This document shows, piece after piece, positions 15,851 through 25,480 of a stretch of DNA of 32,000 nucleotides (the first letter of the stretch is position 1; every line of letters starts with the position of its first letter). This DNA is from Xylella taiwanensis (GTDB lineage: Bacteria > Pseudomonadota > Gammaproteobacteria > Xanthomonadales > Xanthomonadaceae). Below the pieces are notes generated by a model. It ran no database searches, had not been told where the DNA came from, and saw only the letters and a list, made by a program, of their open reading frames with translations. The translations under genes were made by a program, and so were the position numbers. The stretch lies in assembly GCF_013177435.1 (NCBI RefSeq), contig NZ_CP053627.1, forward strand, positions 540,001-572,000, read 5' to 3'.

Positions 15851-16213
15851 GGGCCGAGTTTCAGATTCTGATGATATTGTTGTCAATATTATTTAATTGA
15901 ATTTTAACTGTGGTGTGCGGTTGTCTTTGTTCGCATGGGGAGCATGTGGTGATGTGTTGTGAAACCATTGCGCTTCGTGGTGTATGTGTTATCGCTGGAT
16001 TGTTGCAGTTAAAGCTAGGATGGGATTGAGGTGACATCACGGAACTTGCTTTGGTTCCGGATGGTGCAGGTGGTGTGCGCAAGTGACTCTGTGTTGTTAT
16101 GTGAAAATGATGTCAATGTCATGTCAGAATCTTCAGATACGGCTAGGGCCGTGCGGATCCGATTGCTTTCGGGGGGGCCGGGGCAGCGATGTTTATTCCG
16201 TTGGGACTGATGC

Positions 16214-17308
16214 ATGGCCAAAGTGCAGTTGGAAGCAATTCGCAAGGTGTACGACAACGGCCAGGTGGTGGTGCCTGGAGTCAGTTTTGAAGTTGCCGAC
16301 GGCGAACTGATGGTGTTGGTTGGGCCGTCAGGATGTGGTAAGTCGACTTTGTTGCGCATGATCGCCGGGCTGGAAGATATCAGCAGTGGCACGTTGCGTA
16401 TTGGCGAGCGGGTGGTCAATAACATGCCACCCAAGGATCGCAATGTTGCAATGGTGTTTCAGAGCTACGCCTTGTATCCCCATATGACGGCTGCTGAGAA
16501 CTTGGCGTTCGGGCTGAAGCTGCGTGGTTATTCCAATCAGGTGATCGCTGAGCGGATCAAGAATGTGGCCGACATGCTCGGTTTGAATTCGCTGCTGGAC
16601 ACCTTGCCTAAGGCGATGTCTGGTGGTCAGCGCCAGCGTGTTGCGTTGGGTCGGGCGATGGTGCGTGAACCGGCAGTGTTCTTACTTGATGAACCGTTAT
16701 CTAATTTAGACGCAAAATTGCGCAACAGCGTACGTTCCGATATCGCACGTCTGCATCGCAAGCTTGGCACGACTATGATCTATGTTACTCACGATCAAGT
16801 TGAGGCGATGACCCTCGGTCAGCGCATCGTGCTGCTCAAAGATGGATTGATCCAGCAAATCGATACCCCGATGGCGCTTTACGACTACCCAGCCAACCTT
16901 TTTGTTGCTGGTTTTCTTGGCAATCCAGCAATGAACATGCTGCCCGGCCGACTGGAGGCAACTGGAGGTGGCGTGGAACTGCATTTGGTATCCGGTGAGC
17001 GTGTCATGCTTGCTGGTGCGACTCCGAAGTTGGCTTGGTTCGGGCACGATGTGGTACTGGGTGTGCGTCCAGAGCACATACAGCCGGCGCGGCTTGGTGA
17101 ACCAGTGGCATTGGAAGCCACGATTGAAGCGTTGGAGCCAGTCGGCAATGAGGTTTTTTTGCATCTGCGCTATGCCGCGTTGACACTCACCTTGCGCGTG
17201 CCACCACAAGAATTGCCGGGCATTGGTGAGTCGTTGCCGTTGGCGGTGCAGCCGGATCGGTTACATGTGTTTAACGCAATTTCGGGTGAATGCTTGACCG
17301 GTCACTGA
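16214..17308 (+). CDS. Sugar-type ABC transporter ATP-binding protein (MalK/UgpC/MsmK family)
   Basis: 364 aa. Walker A 'GPSGCGKST', signature 'MSGGQRQRVALGRA', Walker B 'FLLDEPLSNLD', plus a C-terminal MalK-like regulatory/TOBE-type region. No permease or binding-protein gene is adjacent in this window. Confidence 0.9.
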   Translation: MAKVQLEAIRKVYDNGQVVVPGVSFEVADGELMVLVGPSGCGKSTLLRMIAGLEDISSGTLRIGERVVNNMPPKDRNVAMVFQSYALYPHMTAAENLAFGLKLRGYSNQVIAERIKNVADMLGLNSLLDTLPKAMSGGQRQRVALGRAMVREPAVFLLDEPLSNLDAKLRNSVRSDIARLHRKLGTTMIYVTHDQVEAMTLGQRIVLLKDGLIQQIDTPMALYDYPANLFVAGFLGNPAMNMLPGRLEATGGGVELHLVSGERVMLAGATPKLAWFGHDVVLGVRPEHIQPARLGEPVALEATIEALEPVGNEVFLHLRYAALTLTLRVPPQELPGIGESLPLAVQPDRLHVFNAISGECLTGH

Positions 17309-17458
17309 ACATCAAGGATCTGAGAGGTGACGTTATGCGCCGTGTTACTGTTTTTGTGCATGTGTTCTTTAAATCCCCCATTGTTACATTCGTGGCAAGG
17401 GTAAATGCAGTTTGCTGCGAACTCCTGGACAGACGTGCTATCAATGGGCTTACCCGTC

Positions 17459-18319
17459 TCAGCGTGCAAGCCCATTGATGAAAGGGACGCGTTGTGCCAC
17501 TGTTCCGGCCAGTTTGAGTTCGTCGTATTCTGCGTCTATTGGAAGTACTGCGAGCGCTAAGCCTTCGGCAACGCTGGCCACCTGGCCGATATCGACCCCT
17601 GCGCTTTTGACCGTCTCGCCTGGCTGCACAGGAGTAGTGATGCTAAGTAGCTGAGCCCGGCGTTTCGCCTTGCCTAGGAAGTGAGTACGCGCAACGATCT
17701 CCTGCCCGGGATAGCAACCTTTGCGTACACTGTAGGCGTTCAGTCGGTCTAGACCGATCTGTTGTGGTGTCCATTGCGCGCGCTGGTTTGCGTCCAGGCG
17801 GGGCAGCCCCAGTTGTAAATCTGTCGTGCGCCACTGCGCCTCGAACGCAGGTGCCGGTCGCGACACGGCGGCAGCTGGTACCAGTAGCAGTCGTCTTGGT
17901 AGTGTGATTCCGCTAACATCCAGCTCTGTTATTTCGTTGAGTTGTGCTGCTTGTGTGCCTGTGGCTTGTACCGGTGTGTCGTAAGTGCCGGTTGCAATGA
18001 GATCCCGCTCCACAGCGATCTGTACCTTACGACGCAGGATATAGCGCTGCAGTTGTGTGGCCATCATCGCCGCTTCCCCGTCGGGTAGGATCAACAGTAC
18101 TTTGTCCTCAGTAGGGCGATATAGGGCGAACAGCGCAGTGACACGTCCCTTCGGAGTCAGCCAGGCACTCCAGTGCCACTTGCCGATCACTAGGCCTCGT
18201 ACATCGCTGCTGAATTGGGCGTGGGCGAAACTCAGTGTATCGGAGCCTGAAATGCGCAGAATTTCATACGAGGAGAGGGGAAGGAGTACCTGTCCGTTGC
18301 TTTGAAGGTTGCCAGTCAC
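17459..18319 (-). CDS. ygfZ: Folate-binding YgfZ family protein (GcvT-like, Fe-S cluster maintenance)
   Basis: 286 aa with the family signature 'KGCYPGQEIVARTHFLGKAKRR'. GTG start, no obvious SD. Confidence 0.85.
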   Translation of the reverse strand: MTGNLQSNGQVLLPLSSYEILRISGSDTLSFAHAQFSSDVRGLVIGKWHWSAWLTPKGRVTALFALYRPTEDKVLLILPDGEAAMMATQLQRYILRRKVQIAVERDLIATGTYDTPVQATGTQAAQLNEITELDVSGITLPRRLLLVPAAAVSRPAPAFEAQWRTTDLQLGLPRLDANQRAQWTPQQIGLDRLNAYSVRKGCYPGQEIVARTHFLGKAKRRAQLLSITTPVQPGETVKSAGVDIGQVASVAEGLALAVLPIDAEYDELKLAGTVAQRVPFINGLAR

Positions 18320-18574
18320 TGGAGGAGAGGAATAAAATTACACGTGGTTTCCAGACCATTATAGGTATAGACCAAACAACCTTGTGGGTTCATTAGTCAC
18401 TTACCATGTAATTCGTTAATATAATTTATATACATCCCGTTTATATCCAAGACAACGAGCTATAATCGACGTTTTCAATGGCATTAACCAGGACGAGTTG
18501 ATTCTGAATTGATGCGTTAGCAGGATTCAGAATACAAAAAGCTTCAGTGTGTTGTGTGGCTGTGTGATTTTTTG

Positions 18575-18778
18575 ATGTCAGGTAGGTATTCCGAGTTGCA
18601 AAACCTTATTGACAAGAAATGTGTGTCCTCTGTGTATCACGTTCCCTTGGACTCAGGGCTAAGTGAGGTTGTCGATATGCAGCAAACATATGATTTAGAA
18701 GAGATTGGTGGGCGTGGCGGATTGGATCCTGTTCGTTATGGGGATTGGGAAAAAAACGGGCGCTGTATTGATTTCTGA
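18575..18778 (+). CDS. DUF1674 / SDHAF4-like small protein
   Basis: The C-terminal 'EEIGGRGGLDPVRYGDWEKNGRCIDF' matches the DUF1674 (SDHAF4/Sdh8-type) signature. The start is uncertain: ATG 18575 is listed, GTG 18554 is the track start, and ATG 18677 (GAGG 8 nt upstream, 33 aa) is in my view the most likely. A TTGACA -35-like hexamer lies at 18608-18613. Confidence 0.65.
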   Translation: MSGRYSELQNLIDKKCVSSVYHVPLDSGLSEVVDMQQTYDLEEIGGRGGLDPVRYGDWEKNGRCIDF

Positions 18779-18823
18779 TTGCAGTTTCAGTCAACGCGGC
18801 CAATGTGCTGCCCAGCCGGGATA

Positions 18824-19231
18824 ATGAGTTCTACCATGGTCACCCGAGAACGTCCTCTTTCACCTCATCTGCAGATTTACCGCTGGCAGGTGCAAATGGT
18901 AACGTCGATTCTGCATCGTGCTACCGGTGTCTTCCTTTCCCTGGGAGTTCTCGTCATCGCTGCAGGTTTGTTGGCGCTGATGTTTGGCTCGGGAGCCTGG
19001 GATTGCTTCCGCAGTTGCCTCGATCTTTGGTACGGCCAATTTTTCCTGTTGTTGTGGACTTGGTGCTTCAGTTACCACTTGTGCAATGGTATTCGGCATA
19101 TTGTTCAGGACTTTGGCTACGGTTTTAGCGTCAGCAACTTTGTTCGTTCAAGTTGGGCTTCGGTACTCGGTAGCATAGTAATAACCGCTGGAGTCTGGGC
19201 CTATGTGATTTCTAGTCGGGGTGTTGTATGA
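18824..19231 (+). CDS. sdhC: Succinate dehydrogenase cytochrome b556 subunit
   Basis: 'RPLSPHLQIYRWQVQMVTSILHRATG' is the SdhC N-terminal signature, and three hydrophobic helices follow. ATG 18824 is preferred to the TTG 18779 of the track. Confidence 0.9.
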   Translation: MSSTMVTRERPLSPHLQIYRWQVQMVTSILHRATGVFLSLGVLVIAAGLLALMFGSGAWDCFRSCLDLWYGQFFLLLWTWCFSYHLCNGIRHIVQDFGYGFSVSNFVRSSWASVLGSIVITAGVWAYVISSRGVV

Positions 19232-19611
19232 GTCGTTACCGTACACCACTCAAAAATGTGCGTGGTCTAGGTGCTGCTAAGGCAGGGACGGGGCATTTTG
19301 TGTTGCAGCGTCTCACTGCGACTGCATTGGTATTGCTGGCAGTATGGTTTTTATCGTTTTTGCTCAGTTTGCTCGGCGTCGACTATCTGACAGCTACGGC
19401 AGCCGTGGCCAAACCTTGGAATGCAGTATTGCTCATTGGCTTCATGATTGCTGCATTTTGGCATGCGCAGCTCGGTGTGCAGGTGGTACTTGAGGACTAC
19501 ATCCACAATTCGTTTCTGGCTTTGGTACTCCAGACGATGGTGAAGTTCATCGCTTTGCTTGGTACTGTCGTCAGCGTTTTTGCAGTAGTTCGTATCGCGC
19601 TCGGGAACTGA
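19228..19611 (+). CDS. sdhD: Succinate dehydrogenase hydrophobic membrane anchor subunit
   Basis: 127 aa. ATGA overlap with the sdhC stop. '[12 protein letters not shown]...' and three TM helices. Position is between sdhC and sdhA. Confidence 0.88.
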   Translation: MSRYRTPLKNVRGLGAAKAGTGHFVLQRLTATALVLLAVWFLSFLLSLLGVDYLTATAAVAKPWNAVLLIGFMIAAFWHAQLGVQVVLEDYIHNSFLALVLQTMVKFIALLGTVVSVFAVVRIALGN

Positions 19612-19618
19612 TAATTTG

Positions 19619-21409
19619 ATGTCCTATTACAAAATCACCGAACACAAATATGACATGGTTGTCGTTGGTGCTGGCGGCGCCGGCCTACGTGCCACGTTCG
19701 GTTTGGCTCAGAAAGGCTTACAGACTGTCTGCCTGACAAAAGTATTCCCGACTCGTTCGCATACCGTCGCTGCGCAAGGTGGTATCTCCGCTGCGCTTGG
19801 CAACATGGGAGAAGATGACTGGCGTTACCATTTTTATGACACTATCAAGGGCTCAGACTGGCTGGGTGATCAGGATGCGATTGAGTACATGTGCCGTGAG
19901 GCGATCCCGGCGATTATCGAACTGGAACACTATGGTGTCCCGTTCTCGCGTACTGAAGATGGCAAGATTTACCAGCGGCCATTTGGTGGTATGACCACAC
20001 GTTACGGTGAGGGACCGCCGGCACAGCGTACCTGCGCTGCAGCTGACCGAACTGGCCATGCCATGTTACATACCTTGTACCAGCAAGCGTTGGCGCACGA
20101 TGCGCGCTTCATGATTGAGTATTTCGCACTTGATCTGATCTTTGACAACGAGGGTGTGTGTTGCGGTGTGTTGGCATTGGACATAGCTGAGGGTTCCTTG
20201 CACTTGTTTCGTGCCCAGGGAGTGGTACTGGCCACCGGAGGCTACGGCCGCACGTACTTCAGCGCGACCTCCGCTCATACCTGTACTGGTGACGGTGGTG
20301 GCTTGGTGATGCGCGCTGGTTTACCGATGCAGGATATGGAGTTTGTGCAGTTCCATCCCACAGGAATCTATGGGGCTGGCTGCCTAATCACTGAAGGAGT
20401 ACGTGGCGAGGGTGGTATCTTGCGTAACTCCAATGGGGAGCGCTTCATGGAGCGCTATGCACCACATTACAAGGATCTGGCTTCTCGCGATGTGGTGAGT
20501 CGCTCGATGACCATCGAGATCCGAGAGGGTCGCGGCGTTGGCGAGCGCAAAGACCATATCCTGCTTGATCTGACTCATTTGGGTCCGGACGTGATTCACG
20601 AGAAATTGCCTGGCATTGCTGAGAGTGCACGTATCTTTGCTGACGTGGATGTGACCAATCAGCCGATTCCGGTGCTGCCAACCGTCCACTACAACATGGG
20701 TGGTATTCCAACCAATTACCATGGCGAAGTGGTGCGTAAGGTTGGAACTGATCCAGATGCAGTGGTGCCGGGCCTATACGCGGTTGGCGAAGCTGCTTGT
20801 GTGTCGGTGCACGGTGCTAACCGTTTGGGCTCGAATTCGCTGCTCGACCTTGTGGTGTTTGGTCGTGCGGTGGCCAACCGCTGTGCCGAGACAATCAAAC
20901 CGAGTCAGCCCCATAAGGTATTGCCGTCCGATGTGTGCGACAAGGCACTAGGGTTGCTTGATAAACTTCGTCATGCTGACGGTTCCACGCCGACAGCGGT
21001 GATTCGTGACAGGATGCAACGTACCATGCAGTCTGATGCGGCTGTGTTTCGCACGAGCAAGACGTTGAAAGAGGGGTGCGAGAGTATGAATGAGATCTTT
21101 GCCTTGTTCGAGGACGTCAAGGTTTCCGATCGTTCCCTCGTTTGGAATTCTGATCTGATCGAGACCTACGAGCTGCACAATCTGTTGTTAAACGCAGTGG
21201 CGACGATTAACTCCGCTGAACAGCGCAAGGAAAGCCGTGGTGCTCATGCTCACGAAGATTATCCAGATCGTGATGATGAGAACTGGCAGAAACACACGCT
21301 GGTCAGTGTTGACGAAAAGGGTGCATGCAGTTTCGACTACCGTCCGGTGCACATGTACACGCTCAGCAAAGACGTGGATGTGGTGCCGCCCAAGCCTCGC
21401 GTCTACTGA
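19619..21409 (+). CDS. sdhA: Succinate dehydrogenase flavoprotein subunit
   Basis: '[15 protein letters not shown]', '[10 protein letters not shown]' (FAD-linked His), 'HPTG' and '[26 protein letters not shown]'. ATG 19619 is preferred to the TTG 19616 one codon upstream. Confidence 0.97.
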   Translation: MSYYKITEHKYDMVVVGAGGAGLRATFGLAQKGLQTVCLTKVFPTRSHTVAAQGGISAALGNMGEDDWRYHFYDTIKGSDWLGDQDAIEYMCREAIPAIIELEHYGVPFSRTEDGKIYQRPFGGMTTRYGEGPPAQRTCAAADRTGHAMLHTLYQQALAHDARFMIEYFALDLIFDNEGVCCGVLALDIAEGSLHLFRAQGVVLATGGYGRTYFSATSAHTCTGDGGGLVMRAGLPMQDMEFVQFHPTGIYGAGCLITEGVRGEGGILRNSNGERFMERYAPHYKDLASRDVVSRSMTIEIREGRGVGERKDHILLDLTHLGPDVIHEKLPGIAESARIFADVDVTNQPIPVLPTVHYNMGGIPTNYHGEVVRKVGTDPDAVVPGLYAVGEAACVSVHGANRLGSNSLLDLVVFGRAVANRCAETIKPSQPHKVLPSDVCDKALGLLDKLRHADGSTPTAVIRDRMQRTMQSDAAVFRTSKTLKEGCESMNEIFALFEDVKVSDRSLVWNSDLIETYELHNLLLNAVATINSAEQRKESRGAHAHEDYPDRDDENWQKHTLVSVDEKGACSFDYRPVHMYTLSKDVDVVPPKPRVY

Positions 21410-21429
21410 TCTAGCCGGATACCAATGCC

Positions 21430-22215
21430 ATGGCAGAGTTCACTCTCCCTAAGAATTCAAAGATCGGCAAGGGTATGCATTTCCCGGCCAAAACCGGTAC
21501 CAAAAATGTCCGCAACTTTAGGATCTATCGCTGGAATCCGGATGATGGTGTGAATCCGCGTACCGATACCTACGAGATCGATCTGGATACATGCGGCCCG
21601 ATGGTTTTGGACGCTTTGATCAAGATCAAAAATGAGATCGACCCAACCCTGACGTTCCGTCGTTCTTGCCGTGAAGGTATCTGCGGCTCATGTGCGATGA
21701 ACATTGATGGGACCAACACGTTAGCTTGCACAAAGGCTATCGGCGCATGCACCAAATCTGAGATTCCAATCTATCCGTTGCCTCACATGAACGTGATCAA
21801 GGATTTGATCCCGGACTTGACTCACTTTTATGCGCAGTACGCTTCAATTAAGCCCTGGATCCGTACTCAGACCCCGCCACCGCCTGATCGTGAGCGGTTG
21901 CAGTCGCCGAAGGATCGTAAAAAGCTTAATGGTCTGTATGAGTGTATTTTATGCGCCTGCTGCTCGACGAGTTGTCCGAGCTACTGGTGGAACGGTGAGC
22001 GCTATTTGGGCCCGGCGATTTTGTTGCAAGCTTACCGCTGGATCATCGATTCACGTGATGAGGATACTGGCACGCGTTTGGATGATCTCGAAGATCCGTT
22101 CAAGCTGTATCGCTGCCATACCATCATGAATTGTACGCGAACCTGTCCGAAGGGATTAAATCCTGCGCAGGCGATTGCCGAGATCAAAAAACTGATGATG
22201 GTCCGTCGCGCCTGA
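21430..22215 (+). CDS. sdhB: Succinate dehydrogenase iron-sulfur subunit
   Basis: Three Cys clusters: '[21 protein letters not shown]', '[16 protein letters not shown]' and '[17 protein letters not shown]'. Confidence 0.97.
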   Translation: MAEFTLPKNSKIGKGMHFPAKTGTKNVRNFRIYRWNPDDGVNPRTDTYEIDLDTCGPMVLDALIKIKNEIDPTLTFRRSCREGICGSCAMNIDGTNTLACTKAIGACTKSEIPIYPLPHMNVIKDLIPDLTHFYAQYASIKPWIRTQTPPPPDRERLQSPKDRKKLNGLYECILCACCSTSCPSYWWNGERYLGPAILLQAYRWIIDSRDEDTGTRLDDLEDPFKLYRCHTIMNCTRTCPKGLNPAQAIAEIKKLMMVRRA

Positions 22216-22335
22216 ATCGAAGGAATGCGAATAGGATGTAGTGGCCGCGAAACGGGAGTGTTGTTGGCCTTGGGTTGAAGCCTCTGGCGGTTTCGCTATT
22301 GCGGGTGTCGGTACGCCACTGCGGAGGAACCGGAG

Positions 22336-22584
22336 ATGGATGAAGTGGCTGAATTGAACAAACTGCGCTGGCGTAGCCGGCGTGGTATGCGTGAATTGGA
22401 TCACATGTTCGGCCGCTATCTTGCACATCGCTGGCCACAAGCCCCTGAGACTGAGCGTGGTGTTTTCCTACGGTTTTTAGATTGTGAGGACGATAAATTG
22501 TGGCGCTGGTTTATGGGGTACGAGGTTTGTCTGGATGCGTCGTTTGCCGCTCTCATCATTACCATGCGGGCCTTGCCTGCTTGA
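22336..22584 (+). CDS. sdhE: FAD assembly factor SdhE (SDHAF2/YgfY/CptB family)
   Basis: 82 aa with '[13 protein letters not shown]' (RGxxE motif) and 'DDKLWRW'. GGAGGA lies 7 nt upstream of ATG 22336. Confidence 0.9.
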   Translation: MDEVAELNKLRWRSRRGMRELDHMFGRYLAHRWPQAPETERGVFLRFLDCEDDKLWRWFMGYEVCLDASFAALIITMRALPA

Positions 22585-22987
22585 GTGGTCGCCGTCTCGC
22601 TGGCTGTTGGTTGCGCTGTTTGCTTTGACGCTGCTGGCTTGCATTGCGTTGGTACGGTGTGACGTAGGTACTACGTTGCGTTGGATCGGTATCTTCTTAG
22701 TTGCATGCGGTGGTGCTTGGGAATTGCGTTGTGTTGCTTGTCAACCTTGCTGTGCCTTGCTGATCCCTGATGGTAATGTACCAGCCCTGGTAGACGGGAT
22801 GTTGGTTGTAGATTTGCGCGTCTCCTGGTACGGCCCTTTGGTGACTGTATCCTGGTGTGTCCCGGACAGCCGCCGTATGCGCCTCTTGTTCTGGCCGGAT
22901 ATATTGCCGGCGGCGATGCGGCGTGAGTTGCGGTTGGTCATGCGTGCTCGTCAACTTCCGTCCCAGATACCGTCGATGGCACCATAG
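22535..22987 (+). CDS. YgfX/CptA-like inner-membrane protein (DUF1434-type)
   Basis: Sits directly after sdhE, as in E. coli sdhE-ygfX. Two hydrophobic helices, '[18 protein letters not shown]' and '[10 protein letters not shown]'. The C-terminal '[24 protein letters not shown]' parallels E. coli YgfX '...HLWLAADSMDEAEWRDLRRIL' as I recall it. The start is uncertain: ATG 22535 overlaps sdhE by 50 nt, and a non-ATG start near 22570-22590 is possible. Confidence 0.6.
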   Translation: MRRLPLSSLPCGPCLLEWSPSRWLLVALFALTLLACIALVRCDVGTTLRWIGIFLVACGGAWELRCVACQPCCALLIPDGNVPALVDGMLVVDLRVSWYGPLVTVSWCVPDSRRMRLLFWPDILPAAMRRELRLVMRARQLPSQIPSMAP

Positions 22988-23011
22988 CCGTTTTTTATCA
23001 CTTGGGTTCCA

Positions 23012-24253
23012 ATGTTCAACCCACTTTCCGTTGCGATCGGTCTCCGTTATTTGCGTGCCAAGCGGCGCAATGGTTTCATCTCGTTTATCTCGATGGCTTC
23101 GATCCTGGGTATTGCCCTGGGTGTCACTGTCCTGATTACTACCTTGGCAGTGATGAGCGGCTTCCAAAAGGAAATTCGCGACCGACTGCTCCAAATGGCT
23201 GCGCATGCAACGGTCAGTGCGCAGGGAGCGCCGATGCATGATTGGCAGCATGCGGTCACGGTGGCGATGGCTGATCCGCGCGTGGCTGGTGCTGCGCCGT
23301 ACATCGAGAGTGAAGCGTTGCTCCAGGGGCAGCGTCAGCAGCCGGCGGCGGTGCGTGGCATCGTGCCCGACCAGGAGGTTAAGGTTTCGGTGTTGGCGCA
23401 AAAATTGAAGGTTGGTTCGATCGATAGTCTCAAGCCAGGGGAGTACAACATTCTCCTTGGTAAGGAGTTAGCGTTGTGGTTAGGGGTAGATGTTGGTGAC
23501 AGCGTGATAGTGCTCCTCAGTCAAACTCAGACCACTCCAGTTGGGACGATGCCGCGGATGAAGCGCTTTACCGTCAGTGGCCTGTTTGAAGTTGGCTACA
23601 ACGAAATCGACCGTGGCTTAGCTGTGGTCAACATGGAGGATATGCAGAAGGTCATGCGGATGGACGGTGTAACCGGTGTGCGTCTGAAATTGCACGACAT
23701 GGATCATGCTTGGAACGTAGCACGCGACTTGGCGGTCCACCTAGATGGACCATATTTGGTGAGCGACTGGACTCGCGAGAATGCCAATCTCTACAGTTCA
23801 TTGAAGATGGAAAAAACGGTGATGGGTATCTTGTTGTCGCTGATCATCGCGATGGGTGCCTTCAACTTGGTTTCCTCGCAGGTAATGCTGGTGACTGATA
23901 AGCAAGCCGATATCGCCATCCTGCGTACCTTGGGTTTGTCGCCAGTTGGAGTGATGCGGGTGTTTATGGTGCAGGGTTCGTTGATCGGCGTCATCGGTAC
24001 GTTCTCTGGTGTGATCGGTGGTGTGGTACTTACTTGGAATCTGGAGCGAATTCTGAAGTTGATTGAATCCACTTTTAACATCACTCTGCTGCCGGAAGAT
24101 GTTTATTACATCACTGGTCTGCCGACCGACATGCAGTTCCCCGATGTGGTGGTGATTACTCTGGTCGCGCTGGCCATGAGTTTCATGGCGACCTTGTACC
24201 CGGCGTGGCGTGCGGCCAGGATTCAGCCAGCAGAGGCGCTGCGCTATGAATGA
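23012..24253 (+). CDS. lolC: Lipoprotein-releasing system transmembrane permease (LolC/LolE family; sole copy at this locus)
   Basis: 413 aa. '[56 protein letters not shown]' is the typical LolC/E N-terminus, with a C-terminal FtsX-type domain. It is followed by lolD with an 8-nt overlap. Confidence 0.9.
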   Translation: MFNPLSVAIGLRYLRAKRRNGFISFISMASILGIALGVTVLITTLAVMSGFQKEIRDRLLQMAAHATVSAQGAPMHDWQHAVTVAMADPRVAGAAPYIESEALLQGQRQQPAAVRGIVPDQEVKVSVLAQKLKVGSIDSLKPGEYNILLGKELALWLGVDVGDSVIVLLSQTQTTPVGTMPRMKRFTVSGLFEVGYNEIDRGLAVVNMEDMQKVMRMDGVTGVRLKLHDMDHAWNVARDLAVHLDGPYLVSDWTRENANLYSSLKMEKTVMGILLSLIIAMGAFNLVSSQVMLVTDKQADIAILRTLGLSPVGVMRVFMVQGSLIGVIGTFSGVIGGVVLTWNLERILKLIESTFNITLLPEDVYYITGLPTDMQFPDVVVITLVALAMSFMATLYPAWRAARIQPAEALRYE

Positions 24254-24968
24254 GCATGGCACAACGCTTGCTTTGACAGGACCTGTGATTCGAGCCGAAC
24301 GCCTTGGCAAAACCTATTCTGAGGGCAAGTTGCGTACCCCAGTGTTCGATGGGCTTGACTTGCAGGTCATGCGTGGCGAGACGGTGGCGATTGTTGGCGC
24401 GTCTGGTGTCGGTAAAAGCACGCTACTGCATTTACTGGGTGGACTTGACGTTCCGACTGTTGGTGAAGTTTACGTCGCTGGGCAACGTATGTCGGCGTTG
24501 TCTGATGGTGATCGTGGTCGCTTGCGTAACCAGACATTGGGGTTCGTCTACCAGTTTCATCACTTGCTGCCCGAATTCACTGCGTTGGAGAACGTGATGA
24601 TGCCGGTGCTGTTGTCTGGCCATAGTGTACGTGGCGCACAGATGCGTGCGCAGGCGTTGTTGGAAGCGGTCGAATTGGGGCACCGTCTGAATCACAAGCC
24701 AAGTGAGCTATCGGGAGGTGAACGGCAGCGTGCCGCGGTTGCGCGGGCTCTGGCCAATCATCCTGATTGTGTGCTTGGCGACGAACCGACTGGAAATCTC
24801 GACAATCGTACCGCCAGCACGGTATTTGAATTGATGCTCGAACTCAATCGTGCGCAGCAGACAAGTTTGGTGTTGGTGACTCATGATCGTGGCTTGGCAA
24901 GGCGTTTGGATCGGGTATTGGAGTTGTATCAAGGCCGCTTGCGTGCATTGGCCCCGGCAGAAGTCTGA
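24246..24968 (+). CDS. lolD: Lipoprotein-releasing system ATP-binding protein
   Basis: Walker A 'GASGVGKST', '[15 protein letters not shown]' and '[10 protein letters not shown]'. ATG 24246 overlaps the lolC stop (24251-24253). The track start 24210 lies inside lolC. Confidence 0.92.
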   Translation: MNEHGTTLALTGPVIRAERLGKTYSEGKLRTPVFDGLDLQVMRGETVAIVGASGVGKSTLLHLLGGLDVPTVGEVYVAGQRMSALSDGDRGRLRNQTLGFVYQFHHLLPEFTALENVMMPVLLSGHSVRGAQMRAQALLEAVELGHRLNHKPSELSGGERQRAAVARALANHPDCVLGDEPTGNLDNRTASTVFELMLELNRAQQTSLVLVTHDRGLARRLDRVLELYQGRLRALAPAEV

Positions 24969-25480
24969 GCGTGGGGCCCTCGTGTGCATATCTGCATGCG
25001 TTGGTTCTTCTCTTTAATTATTGTTACCGTTGTACAGCGGTGATGCGCCAGTGACAAAAGTATCGGTGGATATATGAAGTGTTTTGCGATGCGGTGTGTC
25101 AGTGTCTGTTGTGTCCTGCCGATTAAGCGTCGTTTCTTGGGAAAGAAAAAGCGTATTTTGTTTTCCTTCCATTCCTGATGAGTGGGGTGCTGTTCCCCAT
25201 ATCCACCACGATATGCCAACCATGATGAATGATGATATGGGTCCGTGAGAACGGATCGATCATGATGTGACGCAAATTCCTACAGTCGTATGTACTGTTA
25301 TCCACTACGTTACTTGGTCTACGTGAACTAGGCTGCCTTCGACGGTCGCATCGCCAGTGCATGACGGCTGCCCGGATCTCAAGAAAGTGATCCGTGATCT
25401 TTCCCAAAACAACGGAGCAGCGGTGCGTGGGCTGGCGAGGTATGCGAGGGCAATCGGCTGCTGTCGAGGCCGGTGACGAT

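Noticed and set aside
15874-15889. ATATTG-N4-CAATAT dyad upstream of zwf as a HexR-type operator
   Set aside because: The arms are short (6 bp), the dyad does not fit the HexR consensus forms I know, and it overlaps the alternative TTG start. Mentioned under the orphan ATPase finding but not called as a site.
16015-16443. 142-aa minus-strand ORF
   Set aside because: It is antisense to the Walker A region of the ABC ATPase, the classic shadow ORF of ABC genes.
17442-17476. 9-bp stem AATGGGCTT/AAGCCCATT as a bidirectional terminator between the ABC ATPase gene and ygfZ
   Set aside because: The loop is 17 nt, one arm and the loop contain the ygfZ C-terminal codons and stop, and there is no U-tract on either strand.
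22697-23401. 234-aa minus-strand ORF
   Set aside because: It is antisense to the ygfX-like gene and lolC, Arg/His/Thr-rich and low in complexity, with no motif.
23798-24310. 170-aa minus-strand ORF
   Set aside because: It is antisense to the lolC 3' half and is His/Arg/Gln-rich.
24969-25030. Possible terminator after lolD (TGCA-TATC-TGCA with wobble extensions, then a T-rich run)
   Set aside because: The stem is too short and weak to call.
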